64,000 nt of DNA from Paraspadella gotoi (Eukaryota > Animalia > Chaetognatha): the NCBI GenBank assembly GCA_051294375.1, contig CM119265.1, forward strand, positions 27,224,517 through 27,288,516, given 5' to 3'. Below are positions 1 through 13,622 of the stretch, piece by piece. The notes below the pieces were generated by a model that saw only the letters and a program-made list of their open reading frames with translations, ran no database searches and was not told the DNA's origin. The translations under genes were made by a program, and so were the position numbers. Every line of letters starts with the position of its first letter. Positions within the stretch are counted from its first letter, which is position 1.

Positions 1-51
1 TTCCAATTCTAATAACCCCGACTCCCTCTCTTCCAGCCCCACCCCGCGCAC

Positions 52-3000
52 CTGTCCCGAACGCCCCTCTTCCCAGCGTCCGGTTCATGACGACGTTTTG
101 TCGCGGCATCTCCCAATCGTCGAGCTCGAGCCAAGTATTCGGCTCCACCCAACCCAGTTTGTGCTTCTCTGAAATCGGAAATTTAATCGAGAGAAATTCA
201 CGAGTTTTAAAATTAAATAACTGTTGTAGCAACTGGAGATCTCTCGCGCTCTCTCGGTCTGCCGAAAGAGATTTTCGCATTCGTCGATATTCCTTCTCTC
301 TGCACGTTTGCCTTTTCCTCATTAAAAATCTACCCAATTACCCATGTGGTGTTAAGATATGTAACCATGTCCATTTTATTTTTTAAATTGCCGTTGTTGC
401 AATAATAATAATAATAATAAAAATTAAATTAAATTAAAACATCTCTGATCAACCTTCGACCGGTATTGACATCCACACCCACGACTGTCCTCACCAGTCT
501 CTCGCCGCAACCGGCGCAGGTTGCGGTAGAAGCAGACGAAGATTCCGGCGATGGCAACGATGACGACGATGACGACGAAGATGTTGAGGAAGATGATGGT
601 GTTGGGGCATCCCGGGTCGCGGGGATCGTCGAGGTCGAACCACTCGTCCAGCGGAGAGATCGGACATTCCTTCTCCTTCGGTAGATGAGAGTGGAAGCGG
701 GAATCGGAGTGAGAAAAGGATCGAAATCGAGACTACTACCGACCGACCGACCTTGAGTAAATCGACGATGGGCGAATGACCTCTGGGCCAACGAATGGCT
801 CGCTGATCGTCGCCCTTGTCAACGTAGACGACGAGGGACTCTCTCGAGGACGCGTTGTTGTTGTTGTTGTTTTTGTGGCGAGAAAGAGAGTGGGGGAATT
901 TGTATCGAGCGACTTTGTAATTGTTTGTGGTTTTTTCGTCCTCGATGATCGTCTGCTCGATGAAGACGAGAGTCGCCCGACGATCGGAGGAAACGTCTCC
1001 CTCCGATTGGGGGGACTTGAATGAGAAGAGACAATTAGTTTTTATTATTATTATTATTATTANNNNNNNNNNTATTATTATTATTATTATTATTATGGTA
1101 CGATCAATCAAGACTCATTCACAGTCTCGTTTATTTACTGCCATTGTACCTGGCTTCCCTATCAATGAAGTGGTATAATATTTATTTATAATATTATAAA
1201 TATTATATTATATATATTATACTATTAACAAATAAATAAAATAAGTTATTTTAAATCTAAAAAATAAAAATAATAAAAATGGTGAAACAAGTAATTTCGC
1301 ATCTTTCATTATATTATATTATACTTTATAATATAATATTACATAAGCGGAAACTATGCAACGGTAAAGTTTTAAAGTTATACTAAGTTTTTTAATAAAT
1401 TGCGACTAATCACAAAGAAAAGAACCCCTCACCATTTGCACTCACCCATTCCGCCTCGCTCATCGCCCTCTCTTTCCTCTTTCCCTCCTTCCCGCTCTTC
1501 CTTTCCTCCCCTTCCTTTCCTCCTCCTCCTCCCCCTCCTCTTTCCCGCGCATCGAAGGCAACCTCTCCCGACAACCCACGAAACTTGATCCTCTTCAAAA
1601 ACGCGACGAGGCGTTCGGTGCTCCCCTTGGAATGAATGCGCTCTCGACGGAGGGCGTTGGGCCCGAATTGTCGCTGGTACGCGTCGAGAGCTTTGGCGTA
1701 GACCCAGGTGGCGTCGTAGGCGTAGGCGGCCCATTTGGATTCGGCGATTGGCGGCGATCCGTGAAGGGCGCGTCGCTGGTTGACCTCCTTGATTTTTTTC
1801 CGGTACTCTTCTTTTAAGTCGCCAACCTTGAAAGATTAAAAGGAAATGAGGGGGTGACATAATTGTTTAATAATATTACAATTATTGAATAATTATCATT
1901 TATTCGCCGGCTAACCTTTGTTCCCTTCTTCGTCTTCGGAACGTCGACCTCCGAATCCAATTCAGCGTAGAAGGCGTTGGTAATCTTGAGGCTCCCGCTG
2001 ACGGCGAGACGCATCTCTGTGTCGCTGCACCGGAAACCCTCCTGCGCCGGGATCGGCGTCGATTGCCGCTGCTCGCGGAACAACCAGTGGTAGCCCTCGC
2101 GATTCTCCATCTTGGAAAGGTTCCACCAGTCGGCCTCGAACCAACCTCGTAAGGGGGATGCAAGAAAATCGAAACTAGAACTGAGATTCTCTCCGGCCCT
2201 TCGCGGTTCTTTCCTTACCCGGCACGAACCACTGGAAGCCTTTTGACCAGCGCATGTCGAGATGGAAGGCGATGCAGAGGGTTCGCCACACCATGTCTTC
2301 CTCTCCTCGCACGGAGATGATTCGGAACTCTTCCTTCCGGTTTAAATAAGACTTCAGCTTTTCCTAAGAAAGAAATGACACAAAATGAGAGATCGGTCAA
2401 TCGACACCGTGAAACTGAGGTTTGTGAAGAAAATCAAACTGACTCTAATGTCTCGATAAACGTCCCACATGGCCTCGTCGTCGTTGGCGTTTTCGTCCTC
2501 GCGACCGCGGGGGATTTTAACCACAGGAGGAAAAACGGCTTCGGGCGAACGAACGGATCCCCGCTCTTTTAAGTCCTTCAGGATTTCATCTCTGAACAGC
2601 GTTTTATTATATATTACAATTATATTTAAATTATACAATATTCAATCGTAAATATTAATTTGTAAGCGTTTCACCCCATTTTCACCTGACTTCTTTCTGA
2701 TAGGAATCGTAGGCCTGATCCCCGGCCTGAGCAATGAAGAGCGCTTGTCGCCACTTGAAGTGCTTGAAGAACTCCTTGAAGGCGTACTTGTGGATGGTCG
2801 TGCCAGGTACCGTTCGCAGGAAGTTGTTTTCGAGCAGCTCCGACAGCTCCACGCCTGAGGAAAGGGATGTTACGTTCTCAAGTTAAGTGGAGTCAAAATT
2901 GGAGCGGGTAAGTTCTTCCAAAATTGGAGCGGGTAAGTTCTTCCCAAATTCTCACCCTCAGCCGCGTAGGAGATGAAGGAATAGTCGAAAAACTTGGTGA

Positions 3001-6000
3001 CTCCGGCGAGAGAGGCGGCGCCGGCGGTGCAGCCGGGGCCGATGATGCCAACGATGTTGCGATCCTCTGCCGTCATGAATTCGATGAAGGCTGAGAATAA
3101 ATGAATAAATACTGTAAACTACTTTAAACTTCTCCCCTCTCATCCACCAAACCTTTGATCGTTGGTCCCGGTTCGCATTTGGTGTCTTTGGGTTCGTGAA
3201 CGACTTTGTAGCCTTTGAGAATGGAATCGTCTTCGTTGATCTTCTCGATCGCCAGATCGACGCCGATCTTGATGCCCGGTTGGTACCTGAGGATTTCTCA
3301 GAAATCAGCCATTGCAGACTTCATTGCAAAGAGTAGCTGTCAAATTAGGACGAACCATCGGGCGGCCTCCGTCTCCGGATACATTCCGCCCAAATGAATG
3401 ACGGTATTGATATTATCCGTTTTTGTCTTCAATCCCCAAGTGCCTCGCCAACCCGTGCTGCTGTTTTCCGTTTCCTGAAAAGACAAAGCGTCATCAGCAA
3501 ACGGCGTCGAAAGGACAAGTAACCGACGCCTCTTCCTCTCACCTGCAGCCAGTCGCAAACGACTCCCGCGGCGACGGCGTTGCGAACCTCGAACTCGGTG
3601 GCCGCCTTTCCCAAACCCGTCGTCCGATCGGCAAAACGGACGAGCAGCGCCAAGAGGTGGTGGCGGTGGAGGTGCGTTCGTCGAAGAAGGTCGTACACGA
3701 TCGGGTAGCGGCGCCGCAGCGGACTCCACACCACCTTCAAGGCCTCTCGGTCGAAGGGAAAGCAAAAGGGCGGGTCTGAGTCGTCGGCAGCGGCGGGTGC
3801 TGCGGAGTCCGGTTCCGAGTCGGCGGCATCTGCGTGGTCCGACTCCACAGGAAGGCATTCCGGTAGATAAAGTTTCGTCGCGCAATGACGTTTTTGGGGA
3901 CCTATTGGTTAATCGTTATGGGTTAAATCTCATTGGGTTAAATCTCATTGGTAATAGTTTAAAGTTCTTCTACTTATTATTCATTTTAAGACAAAATTCT
4001 CACCTTCCTTCGGGGTTGAATCGAGGAAAGGGCCGGTTTCGCAAACAGTAAGGACGTCCGGCCACCAACCGAAGAAAAGCAGCGCCGAAGAGCGAGCGGC
4101 GTCGAGGCGCGCTAGGATTTCCACCTCGAAATTAGCGCCTGTTCGTTCGGGAAATAAGTTATAAATGAAATATTTTATGAACTGTTAAAAATACAACCAT
4201 TTAAACTGTTTAATACAAACCTAAAAAGGCTAAATTAACGTAAAGACCCAGCCGCTCGATTTGCAGAGCTAGGAGCCGCCCTAACGTGAGTCGATCGGAA
4301 AGTCTTAAATTCGGGGTCGGCGCCAGCAGCGTAGCGCAACGATCCACGCCCGACACCGCGCAGCGGGGAGAAACGAAGACGCCGCCGTCGCACGTCCATT
4401 CGGGTATCGAGAGCGGCGCCGCCTCGCAGCTCAAGTTGGAAGGAATTGGGAGAGAGGTAGTGTCGAGGCGGAGGCGGGATGTCGCTTTAGGATCGCGGAG
4501 GATCTTGTGGGGGGGAGAGAGATAAGGAGGGGGAAGAAATAGGGGGGAGGTGGGAAGGAAGAGAGGGGAGGGGGAGAAGAGGGATTGAAAAAAGGTCAAC
4601 TGGTATTTTCAAAAAAAATTGAAGCAAAAACCATAGGAAATTTTAATATTAAATAAATTTTGTTTTATAACTGTCAAGAATTACTAATGATTCTAATCGC
4701 AAGTCATTCAAATTATTACAATAACTTATATAATACTAATAAGAAGCGCCCATCTCGACTCTCGATGCTCATTTGTTCGCTCTGGCGGAAAATAAAATTT
4801 TAATATTTCTGGGAATTGCGAAAGACCAAAAGGGTAAGTCTTGACTCATAAAAGATATATTTTTCAAATTTACGTCTCTGTTACTCGTGCTTGTTTTTCA
4901 TTGGCTCAGATTCAACGTCCGGCAAACGAAGCCAAGTTTCTCAAAGAAATAAAAACCAAGTGAGAGGGAACTACTTGGCGGGTTAAAGTCGAAACTTAAT
5001 CCTCGTTATCATTCAAAATTAATGCAGAAAAATATTCTGGGAAGAATGGCGAGTTTAACCTGGACTTGCCTCAATTCTCGGAAACGAAGATGGGAAGAAG
5101 CTGATCAAAACGATGGTTGGTTAATTCGAGAGAAATCCCTCCATTCTATCAAATATTTATCACTCTCGAATTCCTGACATAATTACTTAAAAAAAAAACT
5201 AACTACATTCCACCATCTACTTAAAATACTTAAATGAAATAACGAATTTTAAAAAACGGATGATAACCGAGCGCCTGAAAAAGAAATAAAATCCCGGTTT
5301 CCAGAGGCCATGACTTTTCCGTCCTGGCGATTTTGTGAACCCTGCAAAGTGACGTTCACTTCAAGAGTTCACGCCGAGTCTCACTACAGCGGACGAAAGC
5401 ATCGAAGGCGAGCTAGTCAATTGGGTCAAGAAGATTTCACGCTCGGCGAAAAATGCGATATTTGCGACGTTCGATTCAGCTCAGGTTCGCTAAATATACT
5501 GTGATGGCGTTCCTTTTCTTATTTCACGCAACTGTGTGCCTCGCACACTTAGTCTCTCGCGTTTTTCCCCCCCATTCAGCTTTTCAAAAAGCGCAACACT
5601 TGGACGGACGCGGTCACGCCAAGGCTTTGGACAGAGAGAGAAATACGGTTTCGTCCACGACGCCGCAACGCGCGCCGTCGGTGGTACCACCGATGGAATC
5701 GCCGATGGAAACAACCTCGTCGTCGATTCCTCACGCTTCGGGAGACGTACCGGCCGCACGTAGCGAAAGACTCGAGACCAAAACGCAAACTACGAGCAGA
5801 GAATCGGTCGGAAATCTTATTACGATGATTCACCAAATTTTAATGAATGATTTTAACGCTTAATTATAGATGATTAATATAAGTGAGATCTTCGAAACCA
5901 AGGGTGCGGATTGGGACGACGACGACGACTGGCCGTCAAGTTTCGCTCTCGAATGCGACGAATGTCACGTGATCTTTCAATCCGCCACCGACTACAAAGA

Positions 6001-7230
6001 TCACATGAGATCGCAAACGCACAGAAATGTGGTATGAAGCGCGGCGGGTGGGCGTGGCTCATGGTTAACGTTGATAGAGGTCCCCTGACTTCTTTACGAC
6101 TCAGGTGTTCCTAACAAAGCGAACCGCCGAGCAACCACAACCACAACAACAACCGCCAGAACCGGCTCCGGGTCATGAGCGAGCGCGACGGTTTCGCCAG
6201 CGGTTCCGGGAGCGAGACCCGACGCTGTTGAAGGAAATCACGTTTCATTCAAAAGACGTTGAGGTCTGCTTCGAACCGTGACGACCAGAGGGGGCGACGT
6301 GCAATACGCAGTCATATTTTAAGTCCACTTTTAGTTTTAATTTTTTCTCACTCACGTCACGCGTCTCATATTTTTTTTTAAATAATTGTTTTTCATAATG
6401 ATTTAATATATTTTTAACGATTTTAAAATGAGAACACGGTCGTTTTTGTTAATACGAATTGGTGAAAGCCGGTAATAAATCATCACTACCAAAAAAATAT
6501 AATGAAAAACATTTTAATTTGATATTGTGGCGAATCCTAAATTCGCCTCCCGTATCGCTTGTCCCTTGGCTTGGACAGCTAAGTATTCGTTCACCAACCG
6601 TGAGTTCCGGGTTTAATCCCCTCACGGTCATGCTGGTTAAAGTGTGATGGTGTCGGCATAAACACGCCAGTGACATGGGGTGGTCAGTGGTCACTGCAGG
6701 TCCAAAGCCCTGAGCGCCCAGCTGACGGCATCACACACGTCTCCCTGTTGCCAGGATACTCCGTTTTATCCACTGAACCCACAATCAATCAATCATCTTA
6801 CCAAATAATGATCGGCCGCGGGGACTTCAAGCTCCTCCTGGACAGACTCTGCCCACTCCTTCGTCACCCACCATCCGAAGAGCAACTCCGACGCCATCGC
6901 CTCCACGACGGCCATTCCCGGCGGGAACGTCTCCCCGGAACCCGGCGTCCGCACGAACTCCAGGTTCAGCATGGTCTTTTAAGGGGAGTGGGGGGAAAAC
7001 GGGACGAAGACGATCGTTGAAGGTTGGCGTTTCTTTGTTTACTACACGTTGCTTAGCAACGGATTAAATAAGCCCCTTCTCACTTTGGGAACGCCAACGT
7101 CTTCCCGATTCTGGAAGGTCTCGTCGTAAAAAGTTTCCGTCGCCGCCTCCTCGAAATAACTGACGACTTCGTCTTCGGAAAACGAGTCCGAGATTTTGAT
7201 TAGTTCCACCGACGGGAACAGCAAGACATC

Positions 7231-7273
<43 letters not shown>

Positions 7274-7982
7274 GAATGTTGTAAAGCGATCTCTTCTCCA
7301 TCGCTCGAAACAAAAGTCGCATCTAATACAACAACATCATCATCATCATCAATCACTGACTTGCAAAACAAAGTTGAGTATGTGCGTCATGATGAGGTGA
7401 GACGGGCGCGTAGACACGCCCACCGTGAGGTTCGACCGAATCTCTTGCAAGAAATCCGAGTGACTATAAATAGATTGAGGCGTTTGAGGAGTCAAGGGAC
7501 AACGCGTCGTCATGGCGACCTGAGTTAAATAGTCATTAAATAAATAAATTAGGATTAGTTAAGAAATTTATTACGAATTAAATAAAATTAACTAATTAAA
7601 ATCGTATCTTGTTAGAAATTTTAACCATAACTGTGATACCCGGGCGCGGGGTATCTCACCAACTGGCGTAGGGGCTGCGGACCCTCAGTGACCGCCTCCT
7701 GTCACTGGCATGTTTAGACCGGCTCCGTCACATTTAAGCCAGAACCGGGATACCCAGGGATTAAACCCGGGACCCGGGATGATTTAGCCTGCTCAGCAGT
7801 GAGGCAGCTTTAAGTCTTGCTGCCACAAACCCCTTTTTCCGTAGACTCACCGGCGAGGCCCCCATGGTTCCCAGCGCTCCGAGAGCGCTGGCGACGGCGT
7901 CCCCGATGAGAAGGACCCGGAAAAAGTTGATCCCGTTGGGTTCGAGGAGACGCGGCCGTCGTGAAGACGACGACGACGACAT
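52..7982 (-). CDS. vkr: Venus kinase receptor (extracellular periplasmic-binding-protein-like and Venus flytrap modules, single TM, tyrosine kinase); 3' part runs off the window start
   Basis: Multi-exon model starting at ATG 7982. Segments in order: hydrophobic leader FFRVLLIGDAVASALGAL; STRPSHLIMTHILNFVLQDVLLFPSVELI; MLNLEF...LLFGWWV...DHYL|ILRDP (phase-0 join 6802>4503); QIERLGLYVNLAFLG; LFFGWWPDVLT; VVCDWLQ. Class C/ANF-type flytrap motifs: GIKIGVDLAIEKINEDDSILKGY, VGIIGPGCT, FISYAAEG, NFLRTVP, AYAYDATWVYAKAL, FRGLSGEVAF. TM TIIFLNIFVVIVVIVAIAGIFVCFY at ~525-600. Kinase start DDWEMPRQNVVMNRTLGRGAFGT at 52-168. Confidence 0.88.
5310..6281 (+). CDS. U1/matrin-type C2H2 zinc-finger protein (ZMAT/ZNF385-like), nested antisense in a VKR intron
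   Basis: Three long-spaced fingers: CEPCKVTFTSRVHAESHYSGRKH, CDICDVRFSS...AQHLDGRGH, CDECHVIFQSATDYKDHMRSQTH. GT-AG introns. Last exon ~6104-6281 ends ...EVCFEP*. Confidence 0.75.
6525..6776 (+). mobile_element. tRNA-derived SINE, family A copy 1
   Basis: B-box-like GGGTTTAATCCC. Core TGTGATGGTGTCGGC..AAACACGCCAGTGACATGGGG...AAAGCCCTGAGCG is shared with copies at 11.6, 16.7 and 7.6 kb. Intronic. Confidence 0.7.
7636..7833 (-). mobile_element. Diverged SINE with a tRNA-like head sharing the family A core
   Basis: Reverse complement reads GGGGTTTGTGGCAGCAAG...CCCGGGTTTAATCCC...TGTGACGGAGCCGGTCTAAACATGCCAGTGACAGG...GGTCACTGAGGGTCC. Lies in VKR intron 1. Confidence 0.55.
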
Positions 7983-8524
7983 CGCGAGTCTTTGACGCGA
8001 AAAGGGAAAGAAGCGGCGAAGTTCATCGTCAGAGAAAAACCAAACTCGTCGTCGTCGTCGTCGTCCGAATCATCGTCGAGGTTTTCGTCGATCGTCGTTG
8101 TTGTTATCTATCGGGTCGTGGACTTGAAAACAGGGACGGGAGGCGCGAAGAGAGTTCTGTGCCGCGTCTCTCGCTCTCTCTCTCTCTCTGTTTGTCTCTC
8201 CTGTCTCGCGCATCGCACGACGCGCCGACCTGCTTTATTTTTTTAAGAACAAAAAGGAGAGAAGGATAACAGGTGAAAAACTGAGCGCGTGGTCTCGCCA
8301 TGCTAAGGACAGTAAGGACACGCCATGTTGCATTTTTATTTTTTTAACTGACGAAGCTAACTGAGGGGCATTAGTTTGACTCGAATCAAATTTGGCACTA
8401 AAATTTAATAATAACAAAATAGGCGAGACCGAGTAACAAACGAGTATAGCCAAAAAAAATAAAAAAATAACGAGGAAGAGGTCCAACAGTAACACAGATC
8501 AAAGTCTTTTAAAAATATTAGTGG

Positions 8525-10771
8525 TCACGTGACTTCTTCCGGTTTCAACTCCACCACCTCCTCTTCTTCGCTTTCGCTCTCCTCCTCCGCTTTTCCTTTC
8601 CCGGTCTCCATCGTCCATTGACTCGGTCCACCTTCGCCGATCCTCATTCCGGCGCCGCCGAGAGACCGCTCCAAATCTACGGCGCCGCCGAGAGACCGCT
8701 CCGAATCGAGGGCTTCGCCGTTCGAGTCGGCGTTCGTCGCCACGTCGGCGTCGTTTTCCTCCGAATCCGTTTCGCTTTGTTCCGATTCTTCCTCTTCCTC
8801 TTTTTCTTCTTCTTCTTCCTCCTCCTTCCTCCACTTCTCCATCATCTCGTCTGCCTCCATCCTCGCCTTCTTCAAATCTAATTCGAGTTCGTCTCTTTGA
8901 GTCTTCAACGCAGTCATTTGTCTACGGGCGTCCGCGGCGAAGCTGGCCAAGAGAATTTCATTTTAATCTCCCTTATTTTGACTATTTGTATAAATCTTCT
9001 ATTTATATCTTTCATCGATTGTCAAAGTTTTTCCACTACTAGAAATTTTTCTGGAATTTTCTAGAAATTTACCGTTTTCCCGGTTGTTTGTCTAATGACT
9101 ATTATATGAAATTTCAAAAATCATAAACAACTTTTTAAATTCACTTCTTCAGTAAATAGTAGCTAAAGCTTCTAATTTTCTTTAAAACCTTCTATAAACC
9201 TTCCATCATTCGCCAGAATGAATTTAAATCTTTCATAAATCCCTCAAGATTTCCCTCCCCTCCTGCTTCTTCGAAATCCCACAACTCACCCGACGGGTTC
9301 TCCCTTGGCTCGTCGTTCGGTGTCTTCGCCGAGACGAGTCTTGATTTCTTGAGTGACGGCGTTGACTTTGACGAGAGCGACGTTGGTGCAGCGTATCACC
9401 TTGGTAACGGAATCGAAAGGACATCACTTTTCAATCTCTTTCCTCATTCAACAAACTCCATCTCCATCACCTGCTCTTTCTCCAGCATCAACTTCCCCGC
9501 CATCTGCAGACAACAGATTTCCTGATGCGCGTTCATCCCGACGATGACTTTCCCGTCCATCGTCTTCTCCTCCAAATCCGTTGGGTCGACCACCATGTGC
9601 TTCCCGCTCTCCATGAAGGCGAACGTCGTGCAAACTGAGGTAAGTTAGTATGTGATAAGCTAGTTCAGTACATATTCGCTACACAGAAATGTCAATAAAA
9701 CATTCGCACACACTCGGAATGTGATGAACTGAGAGATGAATGGGATCTTTGTCGTCGAAGGAATGGACTGTGATATCGTCTCGGCTTACCGTGACGTCGG
9801 GGCGTCTGTCACGGATTCAAAATTGTATTCATTTCCCCAAAAGTAAAACGAAGGATCGAATTAAATCAAGGCCAGGCCCACTGACCGGAAGTGAAGCAGC
9901 GCCGCCATCGCGGCCATCGAGGCGGCGTCGATCAAGTTTCCTCGATGATTCAAGACGTGAATGTCGACGCAAATATCCCAAACCTTTTCGCCTATAAAAA
10001 TATTTAATTTAAGGTTATATTACTTAATTCATCAATTATAAATTAATAGTCTTGACCCACCGGAAATGACGCAGAGGGCCTCGAGGTCGACGCACTTGGA
10101 CTCTTTGATGAGTCTCTCGAGAATTCGCGAGATTTCCACGTGGAGATCGGAATTGGGTCTATTAGCCTCGAACTCGGGCGCCGCCATCGGAGAGAGTTCT
10201 GGGAATTGGGGGGGGGGAGGATGAGAAAATATTGTAACATTTGTGTGTATTGATTGGTAACGATGCCGTACCGTGCCCTTCAACTTAAACGGCCCCTCAC
10301 TTCTTCTGCGACTCAAATGGGGGAAACTCAAACCTTTTTTGGTCGGAAGCATCTCGTTTTATTAGGTACCCATCTATGATTCTTAAACTACCAAGAAGCG
10401 GGCTAAATACAGCCGCCAGTCCCTCTCTGGACTGTAAACAGGCCGATATTCAGAGAGAGAGAAAGATAACCTAAGAAATGGGCCCAACAACGGATTTTGC
10501 TTTCACCCTCTCTTCAAAACCGCGACCCACCCACGTTGATCTTCATGAGTCCCTCCGCGGGTCGGGCGTCCTTCGGAGAGTTGATCTTACAAGAGACTTG
10601 AGACAGAACCCGCGTCTCTCCCAGCGTCACTTGAGCGCAGCCAAAGTCGACGCCGAAATTGAGGACGACGTCGCGGACGTCGTAGGGGGCGCGGCCGTCG
10701 AGGCGCCGACCCTCGGCCAGCGCCGCCAGGACGAAGGACTGTTCCACGTTAGACAAAGGAAGATCCTTCAT
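8525..10771 (-). CDS. EXOSC9: Exosome complex component RRP45
   Basis: MKDLPLSNVEQSFVLAALAEGRRLDGR; ELSPMAAPEFE; ESKCVDLEALCVISG; LNHRGNLIDAASMAAMAALLHFRRPDVTV; VVDPTDLEE; acidic tail with IGEGGPSQW. Multi-exon. Confidence 0.95.
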
Positions 10772-11070
10772 GGTGGTCGTTGTTGTTGTTCTGACTAATA
10801 TTGAATACGGTTTATATGCGAAGTCATGAATATGTCTGGAAACCGGTTTTATTCACATCTAAACAAAAACGAAAATATTTTTAAGTCAATCCGGTAGAAG
10901 TAAGAAAACATGGCTAAAATCGATTAAAAGCGACAACATTTCTTTGCAATTCTCTGCAACTCTTTGCCATTGACCGAATTAACTTAACTTATTAAAAGTC
11001 ATATCAAATAACGAGCGAATGAAACAAAACGGAACTCTTTGCATCAATAGAAAGAAAAAGAAAATCCTGG

Positions 11071-13361
11071 TTAAGGCAGTTTCCATGTCCTAATCATGTC
11101 CGCGACGAACAAGGCGGTCAAGTACACCGAAGCGAACGCCCCCTTGTCGTCTTCTCCTTTTCTCAAAAACTGTTTCGTCCAATTGGGACATGAGATTAAA
11201 GAGCAGCCGCTTCTCGAGATTTCCGTCGAGGCTTCCTTGACACCGCACTCCTCGTTCACTTCTCCTTTCCTCGACGCCGTCCCTCGCCGCAACAGCTCCT
11301 CCACGAGGTTCGCCGCGCTCTTGACGTTTCTTCCGACGCGGAGGCCGAAGTGGGCGGCGACGCGGTCGGGTTTCACCTTGAAGACATTGACGCCGCAATC
11401 GAGGTGTGTCTCTTCGCGAAGAGCGAGGTGAGCGACGACGAGGCCTTCGACGAAGGCAGAATTGACGCCACGCTTGATCACGGCCGGGTTGCGTTCCGTT
11501 GATCTGGTCGGTCGGTCCACGAGGAAATAGGCGTCGGCGGGAGGGAGACTAGGGGATTAAGAAAGAAGAACACTATAAAATTGTTGACTGAATGAAAGAA
11601 TATGTATGTTATGGCAACAGGGAGACATATGTGATGCCCAGGGTGTGAGGCATGTCCCGACAGCTGCCGCTCAGGGCTTTTGGACCTGAGGTGACAACCC
11701 CAAGTCACTGGCGTACTTATATCGGCACCATCACTTAACCTGCCCGACCGGACCGGATTGGTAAGCGAGTACTGAGCTTTCCAAGCTAATGGGACGAGCT
11801 GAGTTTTGCCGAGCTATACCGGAGGCGAATTTAAGATTCCCCACAATACACTACATTCAATTACTCAGCAAGCGCGGCGGAGACGCCCTCCAAATATCTC
11901 GCGTGCTTGTAAGTCGATTTTTGGTCCGAGGACGAAAAGTCAAAGTCGAGAAAAGTCACGAGATCGAGACTCAATCGAGACTGGATGGCGATCGTCGACG
12001 AGCTCCTTTTCGTCGACTTGCCCTCCTCCGGCGAATACGTGGCATCCCTTATTTCCTTCTCACTTTCCGCCGTCACTCTCGCGGCGACGATCCCGCTCAA
12101 ATCTACGTCCAAGACCGCAAAGGAGGCGAGGCGCTCCACGTCGCCCTTCGAAGGGCGAGGGACGCAAAAGGCGGGCGCGGAAGAGTCCGTTCGATCAGAG
12201 TTGGCGAGGATGGACTGACAGATGGACTCGATTTCCACGAGACTCAAACCTGGAAAGAAAGGGGGGGGGGAATTGATACGGATAAGGAGTGGGGATTTTT
12301 AAAAACAAGGAAAAACGATTCCAAGGTTTCGAGCCGCGTAACCGGATTTTAAGATCATCATGTGATTAAATGGTATGACAAATGTTATGAAAAAATGTTA
12401 TGTTATGCTATGTTATTATCTTATAAAGACTTTAACCAACCATAGCCTGTCGAAAGTCATGGGCAAGGTAACTACGAATACATTTTTTATATTGTTTATA
12501 AAATTTTCATATGACTTATGCATAATTGTCCCGAAGTACATCACTTATCAGCTAAATATAAATGATTTAAAACAACCCGGTATTGCATTTGTTTTAATTA
12601 CTTAATCAGGTGCATAAAAAGAGTCATTTAGTGCGTCACCCGTCTACCAAGTAATAATTAAATTTGGTCACGAGTACGAGTATGAAAATTTCAAAAAAAC
12701 AAAAAAAACAAAAAAAAACAAAAACAAAAAGACAGACAGACTGACCGAAACCTTATAATAACGCACTTTCTGTCAGGAGCAAGTCGGAGAGACGATTGAT
12801 CGAATCTTCTTCCGAGAGACGAAGTCGCGTTCTTCTTTCCGTCTTGAATTTCTCGATCTTCGCCGCGCGTCGCTTTCCAAATTTTGGGATCGATTCCAAC
12901 TCTGTCTTAGACGAACTGAGATGAAAGAGGAGTCTCATCATTACCTTGTCACTTTGTCTCCCACACTCGCATGCTCTCTCTCTCTCTCACCCATCCACCT
13001 ACCTGTTTATAACTTCAACGATTCTCTTCTGTTCCTCCTCGGAGTAATTCTCCGACAAATATCTTTCACCCAAACGAAACACTACGCGGTCGCCGTCCTC
13101 CACATCGGGGTCGTGAGGTGCCTCCTTCGAAGCGACGCTGTTCTCCGCATCGCCGTCTCCCAGCGCCTCCTTCGAAGCGGCGCCGAATCGTCTAGTGACG
13201 ACAGGAGTCCTCTCCGACAACTTAATCGATTTCGTCGTCCCGACGACGATCGCTCGTGCCTTCGAAACTGCAGCCTTCCGAACGCACCACGTCGCGAATT
13301 TGAGGCCAAAAGTCGGCGCCGCTTTGAGCGCGCGCATCGATGACGTTCGAACAAGATTCAT
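11071..13361 (-). CDS. TEFM: Mitochondrial transcription elongation factor
   Basis: Basic transit-like N-terminus; YSEEEQKRIVEVIN..SSKTELESIP (HhH region); IESICQSIL; ARYLEGVSAALA..PPADAYFLV; VAAHFGLRVG..KSAANLVEELL. Motif order matches recalled TEFM. Four exons. Confidence 0.78.
11612..11846 (-). mobile_element. SINE family A copy 2 (TEFM intron)
   Basis: Reverse complement aligns to 6525-6776 (GAATCTTAAATTCGCCTCC ... ACGCCAGTGACTTGGGG ... AAAGCCCTGAGCG ... GTCTCCCTGTTGCCA). Confidence 0.7.
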
Positions 13362-13622
13362 GAGAACAACTTCGTCCAATGACAAAAAAAAGGTTCGGAA
13401 CGAAAAAAAAAAAACTACTGGAGGAAATATTCATCGCAAAAAAGAAGCAGTTGTGGCGCCATTAACACAGTCATGAAACAAATCATGTTGCAGTGGATTC
13501 ACTCTTATACTTTTCGATAAAATTGGCGGAGGCAATTCGCCATCCCTAAAACGCAGATAAGCTGAAGCGTCACGTTTCGGACGTTGTTCGGTCTCGGGGC
13601 CTTCATATCCTCGACCTTCCGC

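Noticed and set aside
2896-2950. CRISPR-like or functional direct repeats (25 bp x2; also 8651-8710 and 29573-29620)
   Set aside because: Two-copy local slippage duplications with no array structure; eukaryotic context.
1430-3420. GABA-B receptor or guanylate cyclase receptor
   Set aside because: The flytrap module is followed by one TM and a tyrosine kinase start, not a 7TM domain; this fits VKR.
6802-7982. Separate orphan gene
   Set aside because: Motifs and splice phase identify these as the 5' exons of VKR.
10240-10460. Possible intronic snoRNA in EXOSC9
   Set aside because: Only generic ANANNA/ACA-like words; no convincing hairpins or guide sequence identified by eye.
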